NCBI GenBank assembly: GCA_021813945.1
Contig: JAKAJD010000001.1
Coordinates: forward strand, 73,744-137,743
Direction: 5' to 3'
Length of the DNA: 64,000 nucleotides
Origin: a bacterium
GTDB lineage: Bacteria; Patescibacteriota; Microgenomatia; Curtissbacterales; GWA2-41-24
Shown here: positions 10,278 to 20,322 of the stretch, in pieces
Position numbering within the stretch: the stretch's first letter is position 1
Layout: the number at the start of each line of letters is the position of its first letter
Notes under the pieces: model-generated
What the model was told of the DNA's origin: nothing
What the model saw: the letters and a program-made list of their open reading frames with translations, nothing else
Databases searched by the model: none
Program-made: the position numbers and the translations under genes

Positions 10278-11528
10278 ATGAAGGCGCTTTTATTATCCGA
10301 TTATTTTTATCCGTTTACACCAGGTGGTAGTGAATGGAGTGTCTATGAGCTTGCCAAAGCTCTGCAAAAAAACAAAGCTGAGGTTTCGATCGTAACTATA
10401 AATTACGGCTCAAAAAAACTAGAGATATTTGACTCCTTAAAAATTTTTAGAATTCCTTTTTTTAAAAAATTGAAGGAAAGAAGAAGTGTTGTAAACCCGA
10501 TATGGCAAAACAATCCACTTTTCTTTTTGGCTTCGGCCTACTTTATCACTAGAATTGTGCAATCAGAGAAAGCGGATGTTATTAATGTTCATGGGAAGTT
10601 TTTAATCCCTGGCGGGATAATCGCTGGTTGGCTTACAAAAAAACCAGTGATTGTTACGATACGCGACAAACAGCTATTATGTTCAATCGGAAAATGTTTC
10701 TTTGATCCCAAAAGGTATAAAGCCTGCAATTTTTGGGAATACTTGACCTTGGATTTTCCCTGGTTTATTCAAAATTATACTAACAGAAATGTATTTATTT
10801 CAGTATACGTTCTTTGTGGTGTAATATGGTCAAAACTTGCCGGAGAGATAATTAAATTTTTTGCAAAAAAAGCGAGCATTATAACAACAATAAGCAATTC
10901 TCAAAAAAAATATCTAGAGTCTAACGGTTTTGAAAATGTTGAAGTAATTTACAATACAGCAAATTTCGAAAAACCTAATGTTTCTGTTTCCAAGTCTAAA
11001 GCTGTTTTATTTGTTGGGAAGCTTTCGAAAGGGAAAGGAATAGAGTTGCTACTTGATGCAGCTGAAAAACTGCTCAAAAAAAACAAAATTAAATTCATAT
11101 TCGCAGGTTCAGTGCAATCATCAAAGATAAAAAAACGGCTTGAGGAAAGACAACTTAAACCTCACATAGAACTATTGGGGGGGGTAAATTACCGCAATTT
11201 ACCCTCTATTTACAAACGATCTTCTGTCCTTGTTATGCCATCTATTTATCCCGAATCGTTTGGCAGGTCTGCTCTTGAGGCACTTTCTTATGGTACGCCG
11301 GTAGTTGTCACAAATACTGGTGCATTACCGGAAATAGTTGATGACAAGATAACAGGCCGCATTGTAAAAACCGACCCAAAAAGCTTAAAAGAAGCATTAT
11401 TGGATGTGATGAAAAACGAGAATCGCTACAGATCGAATATTGCCACACGCTATAAAAAGCTCAAAAGAAGGTTTATGGAAAATCCTGTTAAAGAATATAT
11501 AAGTGTATACAATAGCCAAATAAAATGA
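10278..11528 (+). CDS. GT4 glycosyltransferase (Cys-containing N-domain)
   Basis: GGSE, RDKQLLC..C..C, ESFGRSALEA; ATG 10278 preferred over TTG 10254. Confidence 0.88.
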   Translation: MKALLLSDYFYPFTPGGSEWSVYELAKALQKNKAEVSIVTINYGSKKLEIFDSLKIFRIPFFKKLKERRSVVNPIWQNNPLFFLASAYFITRIVQSEKADVINVHGKFLIPGGIIAGWLTKKPVIVTIRDKQLLCSIGKCFFDPKRYKACNFWEYLTLDFPWFIQNYTNRNVFISVYVLCGVIWSKLAGEIIKFFAKKASIITTISNSQKKYLESNGFENVEVIYNTANFEKPNVSVSKSKAVLFVGKLSKGKGIELLLDAAEKLLKKNKIKFIFAGSVQSSKIKKRLEERQLKPHIELLGGVNYRNLPSIYKRSSVLVMPSIYPESFGRSALEALSYGTPVVVTNTGALPEIVDDKITGRIVKTDPKSLKEALLDVMKNENRYRSNIATRYKKLKRRFMENPVKEYISVYNSQIK

Positions 11529-12598
11529 ATCTTGGAATATTTCTGGGCATTGGCGAAAGCCTAAAACAAATGGAAAAATCCGGTCAAAAAGATCGGTTCA
11601 TAAGCTTGTATCTTGCGAAATACGCCAAGGATTTTGACAAGGTTTATCTCTTTAGTTATGAAAATGAGTCATGCAGCTTGCCCGCAAATGTCTTCATTGT
11701 CTCAAAGAAGTCATCCATTCACCGCTATCTATACTCGCTTCTTATTCCAATAATCAGTCATAAACAGGTCAACAATTGTGACATTATCCGCGGCTTTGGC
11801 TTAACTAGCGCTGTGCCTGCGCTCCTTACATCAAAACCCTTTATTTTCAATTGGCCATATAACTACATCGAGTTTTTAAAAATCGAAAAGAAATACTTTC
11901 TTATATCAATATATTATGTGCTGGAGAAGATAGCGTTTATGAGAGCAAAAATCGTTTTAGTTGCCACAAAGCAAAAGCTTAACAATCTAACTGGAGACAA
12001 GTTTATTTATTTACCAAATGGGGTTGATTTAGCTGTATTTAAAAGCAAGGGCACATTAGGGAAAGGGATAGTATTTATTGGTCGTCTGGAAAAGCAGAAA
12101 AATCTTATTTTTTTATTAGATGCGGTTTCAAAACTTCCCAGAAAGCTAAGGTTAATAACCTTCTTTGGTTCTGGATCACAAGAGCCAATCCTTAAAGAAT
12201 ATGCAATCCTAAAAAAAGTATCTCTTAATATTCAATCCCCTGTTAACAATGTAGAGTTACCAAGAGTACTCCGAAAATTCTCGATTTTCGCATTACCTTC
12301 TCTTGCTGAAGGTAATCCTAAAGTTCTTTTAGAAGCAATGGCAACGGGCTTGGTTCCGGTAGTGACAAATTTTATTACTGCAAGGGAAGTTGTTAAAAAT
12401 TCTCAAAACGGTTTTATCACAAATTACGAAACCATCGAGTTTTCGAATAAGTTAAAAATGTTATCTGAAAATAGTGAGCTTGGGAAGAAAATGTCCAGAA
12501 ACGCTGTCCGCACAATTTCTGAAAACTTTAACATAGATAAACTTATAGCCAAAGAAGTATCCCTGATAAAAGACGCTGCCTTGGCTAAAATAATATAA
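11525..12598 (+). CDS. GT4 glycosyltransferase
   Basis: PNGVD, GRLEKQKN, EGNPKVLLEAM. Confidence 0.9.
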   Translation: MNLGIFLGIGESLKQMEKSGQKDRFISLYLAKYAKDFDKVYLFSYENESCSLPANVFIVSKKSSIHRYLYSLLIPIISHKQVNNCDIIRGFGLTSAVPALLTSKPFIFNWPYNYIEFLKIEKKYFLISIYYVLEKIAFMRAKIVLVATKQKLNNLTGDKFIYLPNGVDLAVFKSKGTLGKGIVFIGRLEKQKNLIFLLDAVSKLPRKLRLITFFGSGSQEPILKEYAILKKVSLNIQSPVNNVELPRVLRKFSIFALPSLAEGNPKVLLEAMATGLVPVVTNFITAREVVKNSQNGFITNYETIEFSNKLKMLSENSELGKKMSRNAVRTISENFNIDKLIAKEVSLIKDAALAKII

Positions 12599-12640
12599 TA
12601 TGCCCTAGGGCAACCCATATTTTTGTTTCAGCAAATTACT

Positions 12641-12669
12641 TTCACCTCGGATATATAAACTTATATAAT
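12641..12669 (+). promoter_or_regulatory. sigma70-like promoter (leaderless type)
   Basis: TTCACC-17nt-TATAAT, 7 nt before ATG 12677. Confidence 0.55.
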
Positions 12670-12676
12670 TAACTTC

Positions 12677-13537
12677 ATGTATTCAAATCTTTCAGACATA
12701 GAAAAGAAATTGACTGCTCACGTGTCAAAAACATTAGCACTATATACAAAAAGGAGTCCGAGGGAAACAGCTAGCGCCCTTCTTTCCTGGAAAAGAGCAC
12801 AAGATCTTTACGACGAGATGGTAAGCTCTATTGGTCCGTTAAAAGGTAAGAGGCTTCTGGAGATAGGTTGCGGTTATGGCTTGTTTTTAACCATATGTCT
12901 AAATAACGGTGTGAAGGCGGAAGGTATTGAACCGGCAAGCCAAGAATTTTATAAGTTTACATTTAATATTGGCAAAGAAATATTAAAAAGGTCCAGACAC
13001 TCAAAGAGATTAATTAAGAATTCCTGCGGAGAAAAGTTACCGTACAAAAATAGTACATTCAACGCTGTTGTTTCGCTCTATACACTTGAGCACGTTCAAA
13101 ATGTAGAAAAGGTTTTATCTGAGTGTTCTAGAGTTCTTAAAAAAGGTGGTTATTTGTATATCGTGGTTCCAAACTACGGTTCTTTTTGGGAAGGGCATTA
13201 TGGTATACCCTGGATACCTTATCTGCCTAAAAGCATGGCAAGGCTTTATGTAAGATTATATGGAAAGCTACCAAATGCAATTGATGAACTACAATTTGTC
13301 AACCAAATTACTTTAGAGAAAATTTTAAAAAGTAAGCCCGTAAAAGTTAAAACATGGGGGGCAGCCTCTTTTGTAAAACAAGTCCAAGACACCTCTTTAT
13401 CCGGCGGAACTCTTGGCTCTGCAAAAAGAATCCTAGATATTCTTAGGTATTTAGGGATCTTAAAATTTACTGCCCATATGGCTTGCTTTGTGAAAGCTCA
13501 AACACCTATCATTTTGGTTGCCGAAAAAGTATCTTGA
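12677..13537 (+). CDS. Class I SAM-dependent methyltransferase
   Basis: LLEIGCGYG, TLEHV, RVLKKGG, WEGHY. Confidence 0.88.
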   Translation: MYSNLSDIEKKLTAHVSKTLALYTKRSPRETASALLSWKRAQDLYDEMVSSIGPLKGKRLLEIGCGYGLFLTICLNNGVKAEGIEPASQEFYKFTFNIGKEILKRSRHSKRLIKNSCGEKLPYKNSTFNAVVSLYTLEHVQNVEKVLSECSRVLKKGGYLYIVVPNYGSFWEGHYGIPWIPYLPKSMARLYVRLYGKLPNAIDELQFVNQITLEKILKSKPVKVKTWGAASFVKQVQDTSLSGGTLGSAKRILDILRYLGILKFTAHMACFVKAQTPIILVAEKVS

Positions 13538-13540
13538 GAA

Positions 13541-14602
13541 ATGACGCTAAACGAGAAGACAAAATCGGTAATATATTTTGGTTCATACGATCCAAATTAC
13601 TCAAGAAACAGAATAATCAGAAAAGGACTAGAGGCGAATGGGGTCAAAGTTTTTACAAATCAAGCCAAAGGTATTATATTCATCCGATATTTTAAGCTTG
13701 TTTTATCCTTCCTCAAAGTGCAAACGAAAATCACTGCAATTATTGTTGGTTTCCCAGGACATTACGATATGCCACTCGCTTTTATACTTGGCAAAATTTT
13801 CAAAAAAAGAGTCTTTTATGATATTTTCGCCTCTACTTACGAGACATACGTTTTAGATCGAAAAGTCGTAAAGGAAAAGTCTTTAAGAGCAAAGTTTTTT
13901 TATTTGCTTGATTGGGTAGGCTTAAAACTAGCAGACTATGTTGTTGTCGACACAAAAGCACATGGCAGATTTTATCAAAAATTATATGGCGTTGATTTCA
14001 AAAAAACAATTCTTGTATATGTCGGTTCAGACACAGACTATTTTTATCCCAGGAAAACCAAAGAAACGACTGATGTACTTTTTTATGGGAGTTATCAACC
14101 CCTGCAAGGAACAGATGTTATCATCAAAGCAGCCGCAATTCTCCCTAACGTAAAATTTAAGATGATAGGAGAGGGACAGGAAAAAGCATTAGCAGAGTCG
14201 TTAGCAAAAAATTTAAAGCTCAAAAATGTTGATTTTGTTGACTGGTTATCATTAAAAAATTTAGCTGTCGAAATACGCAGAGCCAAAATATGCCTCGGAA
14301 TTTTTGGAAACTCCCAAAAAGCCAAAACCGTTATCCCTAACAAAGTTTACGATTATTTAGCTACGGGAAAACCCGTTATCACTGTAGATTCAGTTGCTTC
14401 TAGGGAAATTTTAAAAAATCAAGAAACAGGCACTCTCGTCAAACCTGGAGAAGACGTTGAGCTTGCAAAGCAAATTAACAGATTGATACAAGACTTTAAA
14501 CACGCGAAAATAGCTGCCGCTAAAGGGTATAAACTTTTCACTGAAAAATTCAGGCCAATTTTAGTAACAAGAAATTTAACATCTAAAATTTATGAAGAAT
14601 AA
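13541..14602 (+). CDS. GT4 glycosyltransferase
   Basis: YSRN, FYGSYQPLQG, LGIFG..KA..VIPNKVY. Confidence 0.88.
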   Translation: MTLNEKTKSVIYFGSYDPNYSRNRIIRKGLEANGVKVFTNQAKGIIFIRYFKLVLSFLKVQTKITAIIVGFPGHYDMPLAFILGKIFKKRVFYDIFASTYETYVLDRKVVKEKSLRAKFFYLLDWVGLKLADYVVVDTKAHGRFYQKLYGVDFKKTILVYVGSDTDYFYPRKTKETTDVLFYGSYQPLQGTDVIIKAAAILPNVKFKMIGEGQEKALAESLAKNLKLKNVDFVDWLSLKNLAVEIRRAKICLGIFGNSQKAKTVIPNKVYDYLATGKPVITVDSVASREILKNQETGTLVKPGEDVELAKQINRLIQDFKHAKIAAAKGYKLFTEKFRPILVTRNLTSKIYEE

Positions 14603-16046
14603 ATTTTACTGCCTGGTTGCTTTTTCGGTTCTAATAGTTGCTCATATTTTTTTGCTACTAAAAAGCAGTCTATATATCACACCAGAATTAATCTTCCCAG
14701 TGTGGGTTACGTCAAATGCAAAAGTTTTTGTATCAGAGATCCAATCAGTATATCCACCGAGCCTGTTCTATATTGTCAGTTTATTGTATCGATATTCTAA
14801 TAACCTTTTCTTTTCTGTGAACGTTATTCAGCTCTTATTTATTTTAACGATTGATGGCTTGCTATTTAACTATTTAGTAAGAAAATTTAATTTTAAACTT
14901 GCGATTCTGGGTCTTGCATTTTATATCCCCTGGCAAGTTTATTTTAGGGGTAATTATTTATGGTTTGATTTGGCTACAATACCATTCGTTTTATTATCTT
15001 TTCTGTTTTTCGAAAAATACCTAGATCATTATGAAATTAATCAGCTTGCATCTTCCTCTGCGTTTCTTGCACTGGGACTATTATTCAAAAATACAGTTTT
15101 ATGGATTTATATATTATATTTCGTATGGCTTTCTAGTCTCGCGATTACGAAATCAGTTAAATTAAGGTCGTACATTAAGACTTTAATAATCTTATTAATT
15201 CCACTTGTAACTGCCATTGGCATAAATTTTTTAACTGTTCTCGAAAAAACCACTTTTGAATTTGCTTTTTATTGGAATTTTTTAATTCAAAACATAATTT
15301 ATCCTAGAATGCCTACTCTGCAAAGAAGCATAGAAAGTAACTATGCCTTGCCAATGGTTATTATTCTGTCGATAATTATCATTTCGTGTTTAGTTATAGA
15401 AAAATATTCTAAACTGAAAAATGATCAAAAATTATTCATCTATTCATTTTCGTTTGTTTCTCTTGCCAATATATATCCGCGGTGGAGCGATTTTCATGTT
15501 CAACCATTTTTAGTCTTTTTAACAATAGCGGTGATTTATGCAATCTCTTTACTAGACAAACTAACAAAATTTCATAAAAAAACTTTGACACTTATTGGCT
15601 TCGTTATTCTAACGTTGACTGTTTTAATATTTGTCAAAAGAATTAGTGCTGAAAGGACAAATATTAACGTCAACAGAATAGATTATATTTCTGAATACGC
15701 TCCTACAACATTAACAAGCTTAATTAAAGGAAAAGATATTTTCGTAGAAGACTTTTCGCTATACAATGGTGTCAGTACAAATCAAGACATAGACGCATCC
15801 GGGGGCCAAACGTTTAAGCTTGCCATAACTAGCCCAGATAAATTTTTCAAGTTCACAAGTGCACAAGAAACGTTTAATTTTGTTTCAAAAAAAAACCCTC
15901 AGCTTATTATTATTCCTATGCAAGTTCAAGAAAGAGAAATATCAGGAATAAATCTAACCAGCTTTGAAAAATTAATAAAAGACAAATATCGTCTGCAAGC
16001 AAATGTAGCAGGAGTTTACTTTATATACAACCGTGAAACAAATTAA
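14592..16046 (+). CDS. Multi-pass membrane protein, putative GT-C
   Basis: About 12 TM segments, ITPE and YPP loop motifs, LWFDL; paralog of 45159..46568. Confidence 0.6.
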   Translation: MKNKFYCLVAFSVLIVAHIFLLLKSSLYITPELIFPVWVTSNAKVFVSEIQSVYPPSLFYIVSLLYRYSNNLFFSVNVIQLLFILTIDGLLFNYLVRKFNFKLAILGLAFYIPWQVYFRGNYLWFDLATIPFVLLSFLFFEKYLDHYEINQLASSSAFLALGLLFKNTVLWIYILYFVWLSSLAITKSVKLRSYIKTLIILLIPLVTAIGINFLTVLEKTTFEFAFYWNFLIQNIIYPRMPTLQRSIESNYALPMVIILSIIIISCLVIEKYSKLKNDQKLFIYSFSFVSLANIYPRWSDFHVQPFLVFLTIAVIYAISLLDKLTKFHKKTLTLIGFVILTLTVLIFVKRISAERTNINVNRIDYISEYAPTTLTSLIKGKDIFVEDFSLYNGVSTNQDIDASGGQTFKLAITSPDKFFKFTSAQETFNFVSKKNPQLIIIPMQVQEREISGINLTSFEKLIKDKYRLQANVAGVYFIYNRETN

Positions 16047-16047
16047 A

Positions 16048-17055
16048 TTAGTAACGAGTCTTTACAGTGTCAACTAGCCTTCTGGCAGTTAATACGCAAG
16101 TGTTAAGCTTTGCAGAAAGTATGGCAAAATACCCGTTTCCATAGTCGATTAAGTCGGTAATTCTTTCGTCCGAGAGCTCGACATCTGGTCGAAGTACTTT
16201 TATAACTCTCAAAGTATCTATTAACTTTGCATTTTTCATCGATGGGATGTATGTCGAATCTTTGTAGTTAGCAGTTTTATCAGAATGGTTTAAAGGGGGA
16301 TATTTTGAAACAGATCTAACTGCCGAGCTTTCAACGTTCCAAAGGAGATGGTATGGAGTTTTACTATAAGGGAGTATTGAATAAAAATTACCATCCATGA
16401 TAGTGACGCCAATCCCGGATAGTTCTTTTGGCAGATTTAAAACTGGAACATTGCATATGTCGTATCGGTATTTTTTAACCGGTAAATTTAGTATTTGGTT
16501 GATTCGATTTAAACTTGAATAGGTGGCATTTACAATTATCTGAAATTTATTCTTATCTTCAATTTGAAATTGCCTGTTTAAAAATACCTTAACCTTTGTT
16601 TTTTTCAATAAGCGTTTTGCAATCAGCTTCATTTTTTCAAGATCTATTATTTGTTCTTTGACGGAAATGCAACCTGAAACTTCTCGAGCATTTAAAATAT
16701 TGTTTGCAGGAAATTTTTCTTCGTGTGGTAAATTTAGCTTTTCGCAAAACTTTATGTATTGCTCAAAACTTACCCTGGAACCGTTTTTACTTATTGCATA
16801 ATAATTTTCTTTAACATCAATTAATGCTTCATCAAAATATTCTTTGAAACTTGGAATTCCCTCCTGACACTGTTTGGCTGTAGCAAGACTGCGAGGATAA
16901 TGATAGCCAAGATGAAACCTATTTTGATTCACGTTTGTTGCCCCCAACATCAAATCTTGATTCTGCTCGATGAGGGTTGTATCAACATTTGCTTTGGCCA
17001 GTTCGATGGCGGTTGTAACCCCGAAAATACCACCACCAACAACGAGAGCTTTCAT
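16048..17055 (-). CDS. FAD-dependent oxidoreductase (DAO-like, glycan-cluster type)
   Basis: GGGIFG Rossmann motif, NQNRFHLGYHYPRS, TIMDG. Confidence 0.8.
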   Translation of the reverse strand: MKALVVGGGIFGVTTAIELAKANVDTTLIEQNQDLMLGATNVNQNRFHLGYHYPRSLATAKQCQEGIPSFKEYFDEALIDVKENYYAISKNGSRVSFEQYIKFCEKLNLPHEEKFPANNILNAREVSGCISVKEQIIDLEKMKLIAKRLLKKTKVKVFLNRQFQIEDKNKFQIIVNATYSSLNRINQILNLPVKKYRYDICNVPVLNLPKELSGIGVTIMDGNFYSILPYSKTPYHLLWNVESSAVRSVSKYPPLNHSDKTANYKDSTYIPSMKNAKLIDTLRVIKVLRPDVELSDERITDLIDYGNGYFAILSAKLNTCVLTARRLVDTVKTRY

Positions 17056-17056
17056 A

Positions 17057-18055
17057 TCAAATATTGAGGTATTTTAACAGGGCCTGAAATCTCTTTAAAT
17101 AGGTATGATCCATTTTGGTCCTTCTCCAGCCAGCCCCGGCAATTTTTTCTCTTGCGAAGTCATTTTTTAGATAAAATTTCGTTTTTTCTATTAATTCCTT
17201 GCTGTTTTCAAAAACTTCAATTTCCTTGCCAGGGTCAAAAAGATTGTAAAGACTTTTTCTTTTGTTGGCCAACAAAAAACCTCCAGCACCTGTCACCTCG
17301 AAAGTTCTAACATTAGTTCCCTCGCTGTAAATATTTTCTACAACGTGGACATTTAGATTAATCTTGGTGACACGAATTATTTTTATCATTTCTTCTACTG
17401 TTATTGGACCACCCTGATAACACTTTGAAAGTGTTGAGTTACGCCATTGTTTACCACCCCATATTTTGAGTCCATATTTTGCAACAGGGGCAATCTTGGC
17501 CTCTCTGTGGGCTTGCCAATTAGCTATAAAGTTAATATTGTACCTTTTATTATTCGGGGCAGCCTTTTGCTCTGGCATTGTACAAAACGGTAAATACAAC
17601 ACATTTCTAAACCCGTTTTTGTGATAAATTTTTGTGCGCCACGCATCCCAATAGACAAAACAATCGTAAGCTTTTATAAAATCAGAATTTTTTCCACTAT
17701 TTGGCAAATGATCAGGATACCAATTGACTGCTAGGATACCCAGCTTTTTAAGTCTTAAAACTGTGTCGAGAAGAATAATTTCGCCTTTAAACGTCATAAA
17801 TAAATCCGGTTTCCACGATTTTGCAACTCTCAAAATCTCACTGTTTGCAATAACCCTTTTTATACTTGGGCGGTCATGACAGGTTAGCTCATCAGTGATC
17901 CTTTTTGGCAAGCGAAAGTAGTTTTTAGCAGCTGCCACAATATCAGTCTTGCGGTAGTCAATATTTCTGACTTCCCAACCAAGCTGCTTAAATGTTAAAA
18001 GCGATGGTTTTAGAAAAGATGAATCGCCTGGGATTGCAAGAAGTATTTTCTTCAT
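17057..18055 (-). CDS. CgeB-family / GT-B glycosyltransferase
   Basis: NWYPD, KINLN, NVRTFEV.GAGGF, HTY..R; start MKKILL at 18055 preferred. Confidence 0.82.
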   Translation of the reverse strand: MKKILLAIPGDSSFLKPSLLTFKQLGWEVRNIDYRKTDIVAAAKNYFRLPKRITDELTCHDRPSIKRVIANSEILRVAKSWKPDLFMTFKGEIILLDTVLRLKKLGILAVNWYPDHLPNSGKNSDFIKAYDCFVYWDAWRTKIYHKNGFRNVLYLPFCTMPEQKAAPNNKRYNINFIANWQAHREAKIAPVAKYGLKIWGGKQWRNSTLSKCYQGGPITVEEMIKIIRVTKINLNVHVVENIYSEGTNVRTFEVTGAGGFLLANKRKSLYNLFDPGKEIEVFENSKELIEKTKFYLKNDFAREKIAGAGWRRTKMDHTYLKRFQALLKYLNI

Positions 18056-18062
18056 TTGCCTA

Positions 18063-18068
18063 ATTATA
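18063..18068 (-). promoter_or_regulatory. -10 box (leaderless type)
   Basis: TATAAT on the minus strand, 7 nt before ATG 18055. Confidence 0.5.
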
Positions 18069-18108
18069 GTATCTTTACATATAAGATATTGTAAAATATC
18101 GAGAATTA

Positions 18109-19044
18109 ATGGCTGTTTATAAAAAGGTTCAGTACCCCGTAAAAATAATTTTTTTAGGTAGTAGACCCGCAAGTGTTAAAGCTCTTGAAATAATAGAGAG
18201 AAAGATTAAGGATCACAAGAAAAACTGGGTTGATGTGACAGTCGTAACTAGTTCAGATGAGCACCCGCCCGAAAGCGTCGTCAAATGGTGGAATGTAGGA
18301 AACCTTGGAAAAGTCGCAAGTAAAATTGGTTTTAAAACACTGGATTCAATATCAGATTTACCGGCTGATCATTTTGATCTTGGTATAAGCTTTTTTTTTA
18401 CAGATATAATCCCAGAAAGAATGATTAATAATAGTTCACGAGGCATCGTTAATATTCATTTTGGTTACCTGCCAACAAATGGTTACTCCAAAAGTAAAGG
18501 GTCACCCCATAAAAAAGGCGAGCCTTATAGCAGGGGAACATATCGCGGAAGCAATGTGCTAAGTCATGCAATAATCAATAATGAAAAATGGCAAGCAGTG
18601 ACACTTCACTTTATAAGCAAAATAATAGATTTGGGGCCTGTTATAGAGCAAGTGTGGAATCCAATCACGAGCAAAACAACTGCATGGGATTTACAGAAGT
18701 TAAGTGAGGACAAAGCTATAAGTCTTTTAGATAAATACTTTTCTCAATTGGTAGACAATCCAGAGAAAATTAAGACCCTTAAACCCGAGCTGTCAAAATA
18801 TCCGTACTATAATAGATCATTATTGCAGGATGCAAAAATATTGCCTCATAACATTTCAAAAGAAAAATTGAACTTATTTGCTAGAGCAATGTCGTTCCCA
18901 AACACAGAACCACCATATTTTTTGGACAAGAACAGTAAAGGTGAGATAAAAAAAAGCTACGTGATATATAAAAAAAACGAGGGAGTAATTATAATGGAGC
19001 CAACACAAAAAAAATTCATCCAAAAAATTGAAGACATAACATGA
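18109..19044 (+). CDS. N10-formyl-THF-dependent formyltransferase (probable sugar N-formyltransferase)
   Basis: NIH.GYLP...YRG, VTLH..,ID.GPVI, RAMSFP..EPPY. Confidence 0.78.
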   Translation: MAVYKKVQYPVKIIFLGSRPASVKALEIIERKIKDHKKNWVDVTVVTSSDEHPPESVVKWWNVGNLGKVASKIGFKTLDSISDLPADHFDLGISFFFTDIIPERMINNSSRGIVNIHFGYLPTNGYSKSKGSPHKKGEPYSRGTYRGSNVLSHAIINNEKWQAVTLHFISKIIDLGPVIEQVWNPITSKTTAWDLQKLSEDKAISLLDKYFSQLVDNPEKIKTLKPELSKYPYYNRSLLQDAKILPHNISKEKLNLFARAMSFPNTEPPYFLDKNSKGEIKKSYVIYKKNEGVIIMEPTQKKFIQKIEDIT

Positions 19045-19059
19045 AACTATATAAAATAT

Positions 19060-20322
19060 TTAGTTGTTAACATCCGAATTTGTTGAACGTTTTAATAAAT
19101 AAAATTGCGTTGCAGCCTGAAGAGACCTAACTATAACTTTACTAACTACAGCTCCCATCAGTCCAAAAAGTGGAATTAAAATGATAAGGCTGATAACAGT
19201 TATTGCTAGGTAAACAATGTTCATCGCATAAATAGATCGTGTATCCCGCCTCTTAATAAGCCCTAAGCTTAGCAAGTTTCCTGGATAGTAAAGAAGGCTA
19301 AGAGAAAAAATTTGTGAAATAAAAGTCGCAGACGTTGAGTAACCAGGAAAAAGAATTTTAAAAATCACTGGGGCCAGAACAATATACATGCCAACAATCG
19401 CCAAAACTGGTATTTCAAGTTGGACAGATTTTTTCCACAGATCTCCAAAAAGGTTTTTTTCGCTTATTGATGCAATTTTTGGTTGCCCCAAACCTAAAAG
19501 AACTTTAAAAAAAGTATGAATTTGCATAGGTATTAAAATCGCAAAAGCGTAAATTGCATTATTGGTAAATCCTAAAAGTAGAGGTACTAAGAACCTATCC
19601 AAATAATCAGCGGAAATTGTAAAAAATTGTGAAAGACTTAAATGCATGCCTAAACTTGCCATATCTTCGTCCATAATGTTGTTTTCAATGTCCTTATAAG
19701 CAATATAAGCTAATATCATTCCGGCAATTGCTGTTGACCAGGCAGAAAAAAGAGCAACGAGAATTATGCTCGGGAATTTCCACAAGGCAAAAGCAGTTGC
19801 CAAAAGGGAAGAATATTGAAATATGATGGAAAAAATGGCGACCTTTTTAAAATTCTTCTTGCCTGTTAAAAAAGATATGGAAAGACTAGTCGCGCTAGAA
19901 ATAGGAAATGCAAGAGCGCTTACGAATGTCGCTAAACCCAAGCTAGGATTTTGCCTAAAAGAAAAATAAACTGATCCAAAAACCAGCAAAAGAAATCCTA
20001 TCATTGACCATCTAAAAACAGATCGAACGGCGAATTTATAAGTGCCGTCTTTGCCTTCTGCAACCGATTGCGTTAATGCTTGCCCCATGCCTGGGAGCGC
20101 AGTTAAGCTCATGAATCCCAAAGCAGACATTAAAAAAGAAAATTGACCGTAAATATCCTTGGGCCAAATTCTTGCAAATAAAGCGGAAAGAAAGATGCCA
20201 CCGACAAACGAAATTAATGTCGAAAATGCTAACCAAAAACCTCCATGCAAAAAGTAAGGAAGGTCAAGGCCAAATAGATTGGAATACTTATCAACTTGCG
20301 ATTTTAAGAAACTTTTTTCCAT
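19060..20322 (-). CDS. wzx: Wzx-type oligosaccharide flippase
   Basis: About 12 TM segments, YGQF, DYLDR, LIPLFGLMGA. Confidence 0.82.
   Translation of the reverse strand: MEKSFLKSQVDKYSNLFGLDLPYFLHGGFWLAFSTLISFVGGIFLSALFARIWPKDIYGQFSFLMSALGFMSLTALPGMGQALTQSVAEGKDGTYKFAVRSVFRWSMIGFLLLVFGSVYFSFRQNPSLGLATFVSALAFPISSATSLSISFLTGKKNFKKVAIFSIIFQYSSLLATAFALWKFPSIILVALFSAWSTAIAGMILAYIAYKDIENNIMDEDMASLGMHLSLSQFFTISADYLDRFLVPLLLGFTNNAIYAFAILIPMQIHTFFKVLLGLGQPKIASISEKNLFGDLWKKSVQLEIPVLAIVGMYIVLAPVIFKILFPGYSTSATFISQIFSLSLLYYPGNLLSLGLIKRRDTRSIYAMNIVYLAITVISLIILIPLFGLMGAVVSKVIVRSLQAATQFYLLKRSTNSDVNN

Noticed and set aside
17057-18172. Long ORF-track starts (18172, 37649, 43125, 30788, 29070, 10254, 52650)
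   Set aside because: They overlap neighbouring or divergent genes, while downstream starts match family N-termini and the -10 spacing pattern.
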